A stretch of 52,477 bases of DNA, taken from Pseudomonadota bacterium. Its GTDB lineage: Bacteria > Desulfobacterota > JAZDOA01. The notes beneath the pieces are model-generated. The model did not search any database. It worked only from the letters and a program-made list of their open reading frames with translations, and had not been told where the DNA came from. Position numbers and translations under genes: made by a program. Below are positions 1-12,961 of the stretch, one piece after another (position 1 is the first letter of the stretch; the number at the start of each line of letters is the position of its first letter). The stretch spans positions 1-52,477 of the forward strand of contig JAZDOA010000083.1 of the NCBI GenBank assembly GCA_043799175.1. Direction: 5' to 3'.

Positions 1-108
<108 letters not shown>

Positions 109-239
109 TTGTTATTTCTGTTAGTTAAATACTAACAGGCAACAATCCTAGGTCAATCTCAAAGTTAGAGATCTACTATTTAGTTTTTAAAGGTCAAAAG
201 GGCAGCTATGGCCATTGAACGAAGTCCAGTGGCCAAAGC

Positions 240-316
<77 letters not shown>

Positions 317-366
317 TAATACGTAACAAATAAATATTAGGATAATTTAATTAGAAAGATCGACTG

Positions 367-442
367 GGGGGTATAGCTCAGTTGGGAGAGCACCTGCCTT
401 GCACGCAGGGGGTCAGCGGTTCGAGCCCGCTTACCTCCACCA
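367..442 (+). tRNA. tRNA-Ala (anticodon UGC), CCA encoded
   Basis: GGGGGTATAGCTCAG...CTTGCAC loop; G3:U70 wobble pair present in acceptor stem; GGTTCGAGC T-arm. Confidence 0.95.
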
Positions 443-528
443 GGGAGAAATAAAGTATATATAAATTTGAAACACATTCTTCAACATTTTTGTTCAAGAT
501 GTTCTTTGATAATTAAATAAGGTTTTAT

Positions 529-3542
<3,014 letters not shown>

Positions 3543-3602
3543 ATACTTTGCGTTTCAGCGGCAATCAGAAAGCACACAGACCTATTTGTCCAGATGACTT
3601 TT

Positions 3603-3718
3603 TTCGGTGGCGATGGCGAAGGGGTCGCACTCGTTCCCATCCCGAACACGGAGGTTAAGCCCTTCAGCGCCGATGGTACTGCGTTGGTGACGACGTGGGA
3701 GAGTAGGACGCCGCCGAA
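3603..3718 (+). rRNA. rrf: 5S rRNA
   Basis: Helix I TTCGGTGGCG / CGCCGCCGAA; conserved CCCGAACACGGAGGTTAAGC and GGGAGAGTAGGACGCCGCC blocks. Confidence 0.9.
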
Positions 3719-3731
3719 AAATCTTATAAAA

Positions 3732-3761
3732 AGCCCCCCGAGGAAACTCGGGGGGCTTTTG
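3732..3761 (+). terminator. Intrinsic terminator of the rRNA operon
   Basis: AGCCCCCCGAG-GAAA-CTCGGGGGGCT perfect 11-bp stem followed by TTTT. Confidence 0.75.
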
Positions 3762-4002
3762 TGCGTGCCTCAGGCGCTGGTAGGGGCATGTTGGTGTGGT
3801 CCTTGCTTGGGTCTAAGACAGACGTGGTGGTGTGGTAGGCCGGCCGAGGGAGTGCCAATCAGCTTATTAAGGCTTTGGGTGGCACTGTTTTGCTCAAGCG
3901 CCCCCCTGTTGGTTTCGATAAGTCTCCTAGAGACTACGCCCCAGCGAAGGAGAAGGATATTGCCATCCGGCGCCTGTGGGGGCAGCTTAGGGGGAACTCT
4001 CT

Positions 4003-6075
4003 TTGGGCTTCCGAAAACGATCTGGCTCGCCTTTGGCCGGTTCACGAGCGATCAGACGCAAGACCGTGGTCTCTTTCGCAGCGGGTTCGGTCCTGCCACT
4101 GATGGCCCTGTCATATGTGCTCTACGCCAACGGACTGCTGAGCCAATATCAGAGTTCTCTCGTCGTGGCGGGATGTCTGGTGGTTTCTTATCTGGGCTAT
4201 CTGATGATGCAGCAGCTCATTACCCGCCTCCTGGAACTGGCCGATGATCTGTGTCACTTGAGCCGGGGAGAGGCGGTCTCTAGTCAGACTTCGCAGGGTT
4301 CGCCCGAGTTCGAGCATATTCAGGAAATCGCGGGATCCTTCCAAAACCTGTTGGGCGAATTCAAAGACAGTACGAAGTCTTTGGAAGACTTGGTGTACAA
4401 GCTATCCTCTCTGGCGGAACTCACGGAGGTGGCATCCAGCATCCCGGAGGCCGAGCACATGCTTCAATTGGTGCTGCAGCGTGCCATGGCTGCTGTAGAT
4501 GCCCGGATGGGTTCCATCATGCTTTTGGAAGCGAACAGGGAAGAGTTGAAGGTCGTCGCGGCGCAGGGCCATCCGGAGCACATTGTTGGCCACGTGGTGG
4601 CTGTTGGCGAAGAGGTAGCGGGCCACGTAGTGCAGAGTGGCCAGATGCTTCTGGTTGCCGACATCGAGAAAGACCGCCGCTTCCAGCGCCGTAGTGACCC
4701 GAAGTACGGGAACGGGTCTTTCATTTCGATGCCGCTGAAGGCCAGTGGCAAGGTAATTGGGGTGATCAACCTCGCCCATAAAGGCGATGACATGGTATTC
4801 GAGGAACTGGACATCAAGTTCCTCAACACCCTGATGAACCACATAAGTTTCGCCTTGGAGCATTCCCGGCTGCTACGCGAGGCGAAGGAGGCCGCCGTGA
4901 GGCTGGAGGGCGCGGTGCATGAGAAGGCCTCTCAGCTCGATATGGCCAGGCGGCAGGTTCTGCAGGCCGAAAAGCTCTCCGCTCTCGGAGAACTCGTGGC
5001 CAGCATCGCCCACGAGCTGAACAACCCCCTTACGGGCATAATGGGCTACTCCCAACTCCTGCAGCAGCGGGAGCACAACCCCAAGAATGAACGCGACCTG
5101 CAACGCATATTCGACGAGGCCCAGCGGGCCTCGCGCATTGTCCACAACCTGCTTTCCTTCGCCCGGAAACACAAACCCGAGCGCCGCCCCTGCGATCTGA
5201 ATGAAATCGTTCAAAAGGTCCTGGAGCTTCGTTCCTATGACCTGCGGCTGGCCAATATTCAGGTGCGCTTCGAGTCCAAGCCGAAGCTGGCCAGTGTGTC
5301 GGCCGATGAGAATCAGATTCAGCAGGTGCTCCTGAACCTGATCAACAACGCCGCCCAGGCTGTCAGTGGCAAGAGCAGTGAAGGCTCTATCGTGCTTCGA
5401 ACCTGGGATGAAGGCCAGAAGGTCATCTGCAGCGTTGAAGACAACGGGGTGGGCATCTCCTCGGAGACCGCCGACCTGGTCTTCGACCCGTTCTTCACCA
5501 CCAAGGAACTCGGTAAGGGGACCGGCCTGGGGCTGTCCATAAGCTATGGCATCATCGGTGAGCACCAGGGACGGATACACTTCAAGAGCGAGGCCGGCAA
5601 GGGTACAACCTTCTTCATGGAACTGCCCGTGCTGGAGGAAAGCCAGCCTGAAATAGAGTCCGCGCGCGAGACGATCCAACAGCCCTCGCGGTTGCCTATC
5701 AAGCGTATCCTGGTGGTCGATGACGAACAGGTGATCCTGGACCTGCTCACCGAGCTGCTGAGCGGCCAGGGCTACCGGGTGGATGGTTCCCTTTCGGCGA
5801 AATCAGCCTTGGCCAAGCTGGGAGAAGCCCCCTACGACATGGTAATCTGTGACGTGCGCATGCCAGGGATGGACGGTCCGGCGCTCTACAGGCAGGTAAA
5901 AGAGAGCAGGCCCGATGTGGCCCGGCGTTTCGTCTTCTCCACCGGTGACATAATCGGGCAGCGCACCAAGGAGTTCCTGACGCAGTCAGGGACCAACTGG
6001 CTACGCAAGCCCTTCACGGGCGAGCAGCTCATGGACACCCTCAGCGAGGCCTGGCAACGCATCAACGCCAATTAG
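4003..6075 (+). CDS. Hybrid sensor histidine kinase (2 TM, GAF, HisKA, HATPase, C-terminal receiver)
   Basis: Two N-terminal hydrophobic helices; GAF-like region; H-box [10 protein letters not shown]; N/G boxes NLINNA, DNGVGI, GTGLGLS; receiver VVDDE...DVRMPGMDG...K. Exact start not verified. Confidence 0.85.
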   Translation: MGFRKRSGSPLAGSRAIRRKTVVSFAAGSVLPLMALSYVLYANGLLSQYQSSLVVAGCLVVSYLGYLMMQQLITRLLELADDLCHLSRGEAVSSQTSQGSPEFEHIQEIAGSFQNLLGEFKDSTKSLEDLVYKLSSLAELTEVASSIPEAEHMLQLVLQRAMAAVDARMGSIMLLEANREELKVVAAQGHPEHIVGHVVAVGEEVAGHVVQSGQMLLVADIEKDRRFQRRSDPKYGNGSFISMPLKASGKVIGVINLAHKGDDMVFEELDIKFLNTLMNHISFALEHSRLLREAKEAAVRLEGAVHEKASQLDMARRQVLQAEKLSALGELVASIAHELNNPLTGIMGYSQLLQQREHNPKNERDLQRIFDEAQRASRIVHNLLSFARKHKPERRPCDLNEIVQKVLELRSYDLRLANIQVRFESKPKLASVSADENQIQQVLLNLINNAAQAVSGKSSEGSIVLRTWDEGQKVICSVEDNGVGISSETADLVFDPFFTTKELGKGTGLGLSISYGIIGEHQGRIHFKSEAGKGTTFFMELPVLEESQPEIESARETIQQPSRLPIKRILVVDDEQVILDLLTELLSGQGYRVDGSLSAKSALAKLGEAPYDMVICDVRMPGMDGPALYRQVKESRPDVARRFVFSTGDIIGQRTKEFLTQSGTNWLRKPFTGEQLMDTLSEAWQRINAN

Positions 6076-6091
6076 GCGGCAGGGCCACCCG

Positions 6092-7510
6092 TCAGCCCAA
6101 CAGCGAGACCGCCTTGGCCGCGACCTCCTTGGCCATTCGGGTACAGTCATTCACCCCGATGCCGTGATAGGCATTGCCGGTGAGGAGCAGCCTGGGCAAG
6201 GCGGCCAGCCGTTCCGCTATGCGCTCCAGGCGACGGGCGTGGCCTACATTGTAGTTGGGAATGGCCTTGGGGTGGCGGAAGACCAGGGCCAGGACGGGCT
6301 CGGCCTCCAGGCCCATTATGCGTCGCAGGTCTTGCCTGACCGCACGCAAGAGGGCGTCTTCTGGCAAGGCGGCGAGTTCGGGCCTGCGGGCCCCTCCCAC
6401 CATGGCGCGGAGCAATACGTGGCCCTCCGGGGCGCGGCCAGGGAACATACTCGAATCCCACAGACAGCCCAGGGCACTCTTGCCCTCCTCGACCGGAATC
6501 AGGAAACCGAAGCCGTCGAGCGGGTGCGAAACCGCGGCCCGTTCGTATCCCAGGCAGACCACGGCCACGGGAGAATAGAGAATCTCGCCTAGCTGCGCGG
6601 CCAGGGAGGCGTCCAGCGGCTCGATCAGCTCGGCGGTGGCATAAGACGGCGTGGCCAGAATGAGCACGTCGCACTCCAAAAAAGTCTCTTCCTGGCCGGA
6701 GGCGCCGGTCATTCGCATCTCCCAGCCTCCACCGGGGCGGTGCCTGATCTCCCGGACATCCGCCCCCATCTCTATGCGCCCCCTAATGGCCGCGGCAAGC
6801 GGGTTCACCAAAGACTCTATCCCCTCCGGGAAGGAGGTGAGCACCCCGCCGGGGCCGGCCGGGCCGCCCTTGCCCTTCCTGGAGGAGGAGCCTCGCCCGA
6901 ACATGCGCCGGAGCATGGCCACCAGCAAAGAGCCCGAACCCTCGCGCTCCAGTTGGTGCATGATGGGAAAGCAGCTCTTGAGACTGAGGGCGTAGGGGTC
7001 GCCGGCGAAGATGCCCGACACCATGGGTCCGATGAGCTTGCGGACCGCCTCGCTCCCGAGGTGCCTGCGGCCGAAGGAGGCCACGGTCTCATCGAGGTCC
7101 TCGGGGATCATCTTGGTGAGCGGCTCCGAGACCACGCGAAGTCGGCCCCGGACCGAAAGGAGATTGGAGCGGAAGAAGGCCACTGGGCTTTCGGGCAGTT
7201 GATGGAGAAAGCCTTCGGAGTAGATGAATCTTTTGCGGGCGGCGTCCGAAGAGGGCAGGAGCCGGTCTGAAATGCCGAGGTCCGCGCAGAGATCCAGGGT
7301 GTGTGGCTTGGAGTCCAGGAAGCCGTTAGGGCCTGTCTCGCAGCGAAAGCCGTCTTGAACGTGCGTCCGGGCCTTGCCCCCCAGGCGGTCGCTCTTTTCG
7401 ATGACGGTTACGTCTACCTCCAGCCCTCGGGCGGTCGCCAGACGCTCCACCTGGAAGGCCGTGGCCAGGCCCGAGATGCCCGCGCCGATAACTACCAGTT
7501 TAGAAACCAT
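6092..7510 (-). CDS. hemY: Protoporphyrinogen/coproporphyrinogen III oxidase, HemY/CgoX type (FAD)
   Basis: N-terminal dinucleotide fold VVIGAGISGLATAF; length 472 aa; last gene of a hemE-hemH-hemY string. Confidence 0.85.
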   Translation of the reverse strand: MVSKLVVIGAGISGLATAFQVERLATARGLEVDVTVIEKSDRLGGKARTHVQDGFRCETGPNGFLDSKPHTLDLCADLGISDRLLPSSDAARKRFIYSEGFLHQLPESPVAFFRSNLLSVRGRLRVVSEPLTKMIPEDLDETVASFGRRHLGSEAVRKLIGPMVSGIFAGDPYALSLKSCFPIMHQLEREGSGSLLVAMLRRMFGRGSSSRKGKGGPAGPGGVLTSFPEGIESLVNPLAAAIRGRIEMGADVREIRHRPGGGWEMRMTGASGQEETFLECDVLILATPSYATAELIEPLDASLAAQLGEILYSPVAVVCLGYERAAVSHPLDGFGFLIPVEEGKSALGCLWDSSMFPGRAPEGHVLLRAMVGGARRPELAALPEDALLRAVRQDLRRIMGLEAEPVLALVFRHPKAIPNYNVGHARRLERIAERLAALPRLLLTGNAYHGIGVNDCTRMAKEVAAKAVSLLG

Positions 7511-7591
7511 GACTCTTGTCTTTCAGTCTGTTTTGAGAGTTTTTTCAGCAACTTGGCTAAGGACTCGCCCCGTGTTCACGGAACCCGCTCC

Positions 7592-8569
7592 TCAACGCTT
7601 CCGGGCGTCCTCCACTAACCGGGCCAGGCACTCGATGAACCGGGGCCGGTCATTCAAGGCCTGGGTCCGCACCAGGGTGGCCCCGGCGGCCTCCGCCTGT
7701 CGTCTATAGAGAATATCCATTTCGTAGAGAGTCTCAAAGTGGTCCGAGACGAAACTGATGGGTACCATCACCAGATGGCGGACCCTCTGGGCCAGGAGCC
7801 GCCGCAGCGTCGCCTCGGTGCTGGGCTCCAGCCAGCGCACCGGCCCGGAGCGGCTCTGGAAGGCCAGATGCCAGGGCGGGAGGGCTATCAAGGCTTCGAG
7901 GCCCTTGATGGTTGCCTCCAGTTGGCGCAGATACGGGTCGCCCTCCTCGATGAAGCTCACCGGCAGGGAGTGCGCCGAGAATATGACGTGCGCGTAAGGC
8001 CGTTCCGCCGGGCTAAAGGCCTGAAGGGCTTCGGCTATGGTCTCGGCCAGGGCGGCAAGGTAGGCTGGATGGTCATGATAGCTCTCCACTCGCCGCATCC
8101 TCAACGGCAGGCCAAGCCGCGCCCAGGCCCTTTGAAGTTCGTTGAATACCGAACCGGTGGTGGCTCGCGAGTAATGCGGGAACAGGGGCAGGGCAACGAT
8201 TTCCTCGGCCTCGCGCTCGGCCGCGCCTTGCAGCGCTCGCTCGATGGTGGGCGGACTATAGCGCATGCCCACGAAGCAGGGCCGCGCCAGCCGGCGTTCG
8301 AGTGCCCGGGCCTGGGCGTTGGTGAAGCCCAGGATGGGCGACCCGCCGCCGATGGCCTCGTAGTGCGGGGCTACCTTCGGGGCACGCCGCCAGGCGATGA
8401 AGTTGGCCAGGGGGCGCTGGAGCAGCGGCCCGCCGGGCAGCTTTATGATGTCGCGATCAGAGAAGAGGTTGACGAGAAAAGGCCTTATGTCCGCCAGAGT
8501 GGCCGGCCCGCCCAGGTTGAGGAGCACGACCGAGTAGTCCAACACCCTCTTCGGCCGAAGCTCGTTCAC
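7592..8569 (-). CDS. hemH: Ferrochelatase (or coproporphyrin ferrochelatase)
   Basis: LLNLGGP N-terminus, FSAHSLP motif, 325 aa; start overlaps the hemE stop by 4 nt. Confidence 0.9.
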   Translation of the reverse strand: MNELRPKRVLDYSVVLLNLGGPATLADIRPFLVNLFSDRDIIKLPGGPLLQRPLANFIAWRRAPKVAPHYEAIGGGSPILGFTNAQARALERRLARPCFVGMRYSPPTIERALQGAAEREAEEIVALPLFPHYSRATTGSVFNELQRAWARLGLPLRMRRVESYHDHPAYLAALAETIAEALQAFSPAERPYAHVIFSAHSLPVSFIEEGDPYLRQLEATIKGLEALIALPPWHLAFQSRSGPVRWLEPSTEATLRRLLAQRVRHLVMVPISFVSDHFETLYEMDILYRRQAEAAGATLVRTQALNDRPRFIECLARLVEDARKR

Positions 8570-9603
8570 CGCCCGCGCGGCTGCCTGCGCCGGGAGTACT
8601 TGGCCACCGCCGCCACCAGGGCCTTGACGTTCTCGACCGGCGTGGCGGGCAGCACCCCGTGGCCCAGGTTGAAGATGTGGCCCGCCCGGCCCTCCGCCCT
8701 GGCCAAGAGGTCTTTTACCGCCTGTTCGATCACGCGGGGCGTGGCAAAGAGAAGCGCGGGGTCGAGGTTGCCCTGAATACCGCGGTCGTGGCCTATGCGC
8801 TGCCAGGCGGTATCGAGACCGAGGCGCCAGTCAACCCCGATGATGTCACCCCCAGCCTGCCGCAGCAGCTCCAGAAGGCCGGCCGCGCCCGAGGCGAAGT
8901 GGATGACGGGCACCTTGCCGCGGGCGGCTGCCAGTACGCGGCGCGAGTAGGGCAGCACGTGGTGGCGGTAGTCTTCGGGAGAAAGTGCCCCCACCCAGGA
9001 GTCAAAGACCTGAAGGGCCTGTGCCCCCGCCTTCACCTGGGCGGCCAGGAACTTGGCCAAGGACTCGGAGATCAGACTCATCAGCCCGCGCCACAGCCTG
9101 GGCTGGGTGTGCATGATCCGCTTGGTCTCCAGGTAGTTGCGAGACCCACCGCCTTCGATGATATAGCTGGCCACGGTGAAGGGCGCCCCCGCGAACCCGA
9201 TGAGGGGAACCTCGAGCCTTTGGCGCAGCAGCCTTATGGCCTCCATCACAAAGGGCATCTCGGTCTTGGGGTCGGGCACGTGCAGGCGTTCGAGGTCGGC
9301 CTCCGTCCGGACGGGGTTATGAATCACCGGGCCGACGGATTCCTTGAACTCTATTTCCAGCCCCATGGCCTGGACGGGGATGAGCAGGTCGGAGAAGAGA
9401 ATGGCCGCGTCAACCTCCAGGATCTCGACCGGGGTGAGGGTCACCTCGCAGGCGATCTCGGGGTTGTGGCACATCTCCAGAAAGGAGTGCTGGCGGCGTA
9501 CCTCCTGGTACTGCTCCATGTAGCGCCCGGCCTGGCGCATGAGCCAGACAGGCGTGCGCTCCACTGGCTCGCGGCGGCAGGCCCGCAGGAAGAGATCGTT
9601 CAA
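8566..9603 (-). CDS. hemE: Uroporphyrinogen decarboxylase
   Basis: URO-D signature [11 protein letters not shown] near N-terminus; 345 aa; 4-nt overlaps with both neighbours. Confidence 0.92.
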   Translation of the reverse strand: MNDLFLRACRREPVERTPVWLMRQAGRYMEQYQEVRRQHSFLEMCHNPEIACEVTLTPVEILEVDAAILFSDLLIPVQAMGLEIEFKESVGPVIHNPVRTEADLERLHVPDPKTEMPFVMEAIRLLRQRLEVPLIGFAGAPFTVASYIIEGGGSRNYLETKRIMHTQPRLWRGLMSLISESLAKFLAAQVKAGAQALQVFDSWVGALSPEDYRHHVLPYSRRVLAAARGKVPVIHFASGAAGLLELLRQAGGDIIGVDWRLGLDTAWQRIGHDRGIQGNLDPALLFATPRVIEQAVKDLLARAEGRAGHIFNLGHGVLPATPVENVKALVAAVAKYSRRRQPRGR

Positions 9604-10700
9604 CTGGCGGAGCTCCTTGTCAGTCGGGCCGGAATGTAGTCACAGAAGGGTTCCTCTTCCAGATAGTGTCCGTGCACGGCATCGGCCCTGGCCCGGCAGC
9701 CGCCGCACACCTTGATGTATTCGCAGGAGCCGCATTTGCCCCGGTAGCGGGAAAAGTCCCGCAGGTCCTGGAAGAGCGCGGAGTTTTCCCAGATGTCCTT
9801 GAATGCCTGCCTCCGGACGTTGCCCGCCACCCGAGGCAGGTAGGAGCACGGCTGTACGTTGCCGTGGTGGTCTATCAGGCAAATGAGCTGGCCGGCGATG
9901 CAGCCCTTGCTCCCACCGGTGGAAAACTTCAGGTTGCGGCGCTCGAACTTGACGCCCGCCGCCCGCGCCAGCTCGCGGTAGATGCGGTAGTACTGGGGCG
10001 CGCAGGTGGGCCGCATGAGGATCTTGTCTTCGTTGAGCTCCTGCTCGAAGTGCCAGCGCAGTATTTCCTCGTAGTCTTCCTTGGTGATCAGCTCGGCCAT
10101 GATGTCCTTGCCTCGCCCCGTGGGGACGATCATGAACAGATACCAGGCCGTGGCGCCGATCTCCTTGGCCAGTCGAAAGACGTTGGCTATGTCGTGCTGG
10201 TTGCGCCGGGTGAAGGAGCTGTTGATCAGGAATTCCATGCCGTGATCCCGCAGCAGGGCGGCACCCCGCATAATGCCCTCGAAGGCGCCCGGTACGTTGC
10301 GGAAGTTGTCATGAACCTCGGCGGTCGAGCCGTCGAGGCTCAGGCTCACCATGCGAATGCCGCTTTCCTTGAGGCGGGCGCATACCTCGGGGGTGATGAG
10401 GATGCCGTTGGTGGCCATGCACATGCGCAGGCCGAGGGCCGTGCCGTGGGCGGCGACGTCGAAGATGTCAGCCCGCAGAAGCGGCTCGCCTCCGGAGAGC
10501 ACTATCACCGGCTTGGCATAGGAGGCTATGTCATCTAGGGTTCGCAGCGCCTCCGCGGTGGAGCAGTCATCGGTGCCGGTGGCATTGGTGGCCGACGCCC
10601 GACAGTGGATACAGGCCAGATTGCAGCGCCCGGTTATCTCCCAGGCCAGCCAGCGTGGTTCAAATTTCTTGGTGGGTTCAGAAGTGCTTTCCGGTTCCAT
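9600..10700 (-). CDS. Radical SAM / SPASM-domain protein, AhbC/AhbD/NirJ-like (candidate anaerobic coproheme decarboxylase)
   Basis: [14 protein letters not shown] (CxxxCxxC) cluster motif; Cys-rich C-terminus CSYL...[17 protein letters not shown]; translationally coupled to hemE. Confidence 0.7.
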   Translation of the reverse strand: MEPESTSEPTKKFEPRWLAWEITGRCNLACIHCRASATNATGTDDCSTAEALRTLDDIASYAKPVIVLSGGEPLLRADIFDVAAHGTALGLRMCMATNGILITPEVCARLKESGIRMVSLSLDGSTAEVHDNFRNVPGAFEGIMRGAALLRDHGMEFLINSSFTRRNQHDIANVFRLAKEIGATAWYLFMIVPTGRGKDIMAELITKEDYEEILRWHFEQELNEDKILMRPTCAPQYYRIYRELARAAGVKFERRNLKFSTGGSKGCIAGQLICLIDHHGNVQPCSYLPRVAGNVRRQAFKDIWENSALFQDLRDFSRYRGKCGSCEYIKVCGGCRARADAVHGHYLEEEPFCDYIPARLTRSSAS

Positions 10701-10823
10701 TTCCTCATTTGTCCTGCGTCAGTGCCGGCGGGGTGCCAGGGCCACCACTTCCGCTGGTGACCATGGCTCAATGCTCCCCTCACCCCGGTAAGTATCTCCT
10801 CAAGGAGGTGGGTAGTCAAATCA

Positions 10824-11036
10824 TTACGCCTGGTCGAGGTCAAATTTAAAGCGTATCTCGAGCCGTTGTTCCCGCAGGTAGGCCATAAACATCTCGAAGA
10901 AGTAGCCGGCCGAGGCCTCCCACTGCTCCTCGTAGGCCCGCAGGCTGGGAGGAATGGCGTCCTTGGATTTTTCAATGAAGCCCTCGCGGAGCTTGTTATA
11001 GTCGATGAACGACGGCGTCAAGGTATGTAACCCCAT
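10824..11036 (-). CDS. Small hypothetical protein (about 70 aa)
   Basis: ORF only; no recognisable motif; start uncertain (11054 or 11036); 5' end abuts a degenerate repeat copy. Confidence 0.3.
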   Translation of the reverse strand: MGLHTLTPSFIDYNKLREGFIEKSKDAIPPSLRAYEEQWEASAGYFFEMFMAYLREQRLEIRFKFDLDQA

Positions 11037-11209
11037 AGTTGGAAGGCGCTGCACTTTGCCGCCCGCTGGCGGCGAACCCCGTTTGATGCGTCACGCAAGA
11101 AGCGTACGTCCCGCTGCGGCTCGCGCCTGGTGCCGCCTACGTGAGAGCCGCTGCCTTCAGGGCCAGCGGCCCTTCTTCCGTCATCCACCGCGGGAACCCG
11201 CGGTCTGGG

Positions 11210-11650
11210 TCAGGATCCGCCCTGACCCTGTTGCCCGGCCTGGCCACGGCCCACGGGTTGTTCCGTGCCCAGGCGATTGGCAATGTTGTTGGCTATGGTT
11301 CGCGAGGCATTCTCATCACCCAGGAGGCCCACCCTGATGCCGGCCTTGGTTGTATCGGGTCCCGCCTTGGCCAGGTTTACCGATACCTTGGTGCCGTCGG
11401 CCCGCTTGGCCTCGATTTTGGCTCCGGCCGCGTCCTGCTGTACATTGGTTACCATCATGTTCATACCCTTCAGGCTGGTCAGGGTAGCGCCGTAGACCTG
11501 GCTGTAGGGCTGGTGATAGGTGGTGTCCAATTCACCGGATACGTACTTGTAGCCGGCCACGCCCAGCCCGGCCCCCGCCGCGGCGACGCAGCCGCCGGCA
11601 GCCAGGCTCAGCGCCACGAGCAGCGCAAGGCCCATTCTTCTTGTCAGCAT
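11210..11650 (-). CDS. Lipoprotein, function unknown
   Basis: Signal peptide with lipobox LAAGGC; small soluble domain. Confidence 0.6.
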   Translation of the reverse strand: MLTRRMGLALLVALSLAAGGCVAAAGAGLGVAGYKYVSGELDTTYHQPYSQVYGATLTSLKGMNMMVTNVQQDAAGAKIEAKRADGTKVSVNLAKAGPDTTKAGIRVGLLGDENASRTIANNIANRLGTEQPVGRGQAGQQGQGGS

Positions 11651-11788
11651 CGGTGTCCCCTATCCTGAGGGTTTTTTTGAGCATATACCCCCGCCGCCGA
11701 GAGACTGAAGGGCTGGGAAATGCCTCGCTGGCGGGTTAGCGGATTCCCTGGCACCGCCGCAGCAGGCCAGCCTCAAGATCCCCAGTGG

Positions 11789-12625
11789 TTATTGAGCGCC
11801 GAGACCCGCCGCCGGCCCCGCCGCCTGATCCGTGGAGGGATGGTAATAGCGCAGGGCCTCCGGCAGCTCCACTTCCAGTTGCCGGATGCGTTCCGCGTCG
11901 CAGGGGTGAGTGGATAGGAACTCAGGCGGTTTTTTGCCGCCTTCCTTGGAGGACATGCGTTGCCAGAAGGAGATGGCTTCGTGAGGATCATAGCCCGCCT
12001 CGGCCATGAGGATCAGCCCGATATGGTCCGCCTCCATCTCCTGGGCGCGGCTGAAGGGCAGCTCCACGCCGACCGCGGTGCCGAGTCCGTAAGCAGCGCT
12101 GACGGCTGCGGCGGCGGTTTGACGCTTGGTTCCCATGGCGGCCAGCAGTCCCTGTTCGCCGAGCTGGATCAGGAGCCCGCGGCTCATCCGCTCGGCGCCG
12201 TGCCTGGCCAGGGCATGAGCGACCTCGTGGGCTATAACCGTCGCCAGGCCGGCTTCCGTCTTGGTATATGGCAGAATACCCGTATAGACAGCTACCTTGC
12301 CGCCCGGCAGGGCGAAGGCGTTCACCTGGCTGCTTTCAATGAGAGTGAATTCCCAGCGGTAGTCCGGCCGCTTGGCGGCCTTGGCCACCCGCTCCCCGAC
12401 CCCACGCACCAGCGCCACTGAATCAGCATCCTGGCAGCGTTTTTCTTTCTGGAGCACCTGGTTGTATGCCTTGGCGCCCAGCGAGAGTTCCTGACGCGGG
12501 TCAATCAACATGAGCTGGCTGCGCCCCGTATAAGGGGTCGTGGCGCAGGCCGCCAGCAGGATGGCCAGGATCCCCACCAAGGGGATGAACCCGCCGGGGC
12601 TCGTCTTGCGTCTGGGCATAATCAT
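11789..12625 (-). CDS. M48-family zinc metallopeptidase lipoprotein
   Basis: HEVAHALARH (HExxH) plus downstream E; lipobox LLAAC; start taken at MIMPRRK inside the longer ORF. Confidence 0.8.
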   Translation of the reverse strand: MIMPRRKTSPGGFIPLVGILAILLAACATTPYTGRSQLMLIDPRQELSLGAKAYNQVLQKEKRCQDADSVALVRGVGERVAKAAKRPDYRWEFTLIESSQVNAFALPGGKVAVYTGILPYTKTEAGLATVIAHEVAHALARHGAERMSRGLLIQLGEQGLLAAMGTKRQTAAAAVSAAYGLGTAVGVELPFSRAQEMEADHIGLILMAEAGYDPHEAISFWQRMSSKEGGKKPPEFLSTHPCDAERIRQLEVELPEALRYYHPSTDQAAGPAAGLGAQ

Positions 12626-12740
12626 GATGTTTGACCCTGATCGAAGAATTGTTTCTGCTCCGGTGGCCGGCTTGGGAGTGACATCCGCCGACCCCATTTG
12701 CTTTAATGGTTATACTAGCAGCTTGCAAGCGGCCACGGAA

Positions 12741-12850
12741 GGGTGGCTGGGGGTGGCTGGGCCACCAGCCAAACTCCGGCACCCATGAGCCTCGGTGACA
12801 ACCGGGTTGCCCGAGAGGGTGCCGGCTGCCCGTTGCCGTTGACAACGGGG
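12741..12850. repeat. Copy of dispersed repeat 'B' (GGYGGCWGGG x2, GCCRCCAGCC, CCGGCACCC, AGAGGGTGCCGG, terminal hairpin)
   Basis: Alignable by eye with 30483-30579, 30851-30928, 39155-39232 and 52329-52441; hairpin CCCGTTG-N7-CAACGGG at 12829-12849. Confidence 0.7.
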
Positions 12851-12892
12851 CCGTGAAAGAACTCAGCCGCCCATTTCCCGGTCTGATAAGCC

Positions 12893-12921
12893 TGTTCAAT
12901 GGCAAAGATCGTGCATATAAT
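12893..12921 (+). promoter_or_regulatory. Putative sigma70 promoter of the hydrogenase operon
   Basis: TGTTCA-17 nt-TATAAT; the perfect -10 hexamer at 12916-12921 stands out in GC-rich DNA, 40 nt upstream of the start codon. Confidence 0.4.
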
Positions 12922-12961
12922 ATCAAACTGATGTAAGCAAAGCACTGGTGAGGGAAGCCCA

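Noticed and set aside
3880-3894. Sigma54-like TGGCAC-N-TTGCT upstream of the histidine kinase
   Set aside because: GG and GC are separated by 9 nt rather than the strictly required 10, and no enhancer-binding-protein context was seen. It is kept only as a curiosity.
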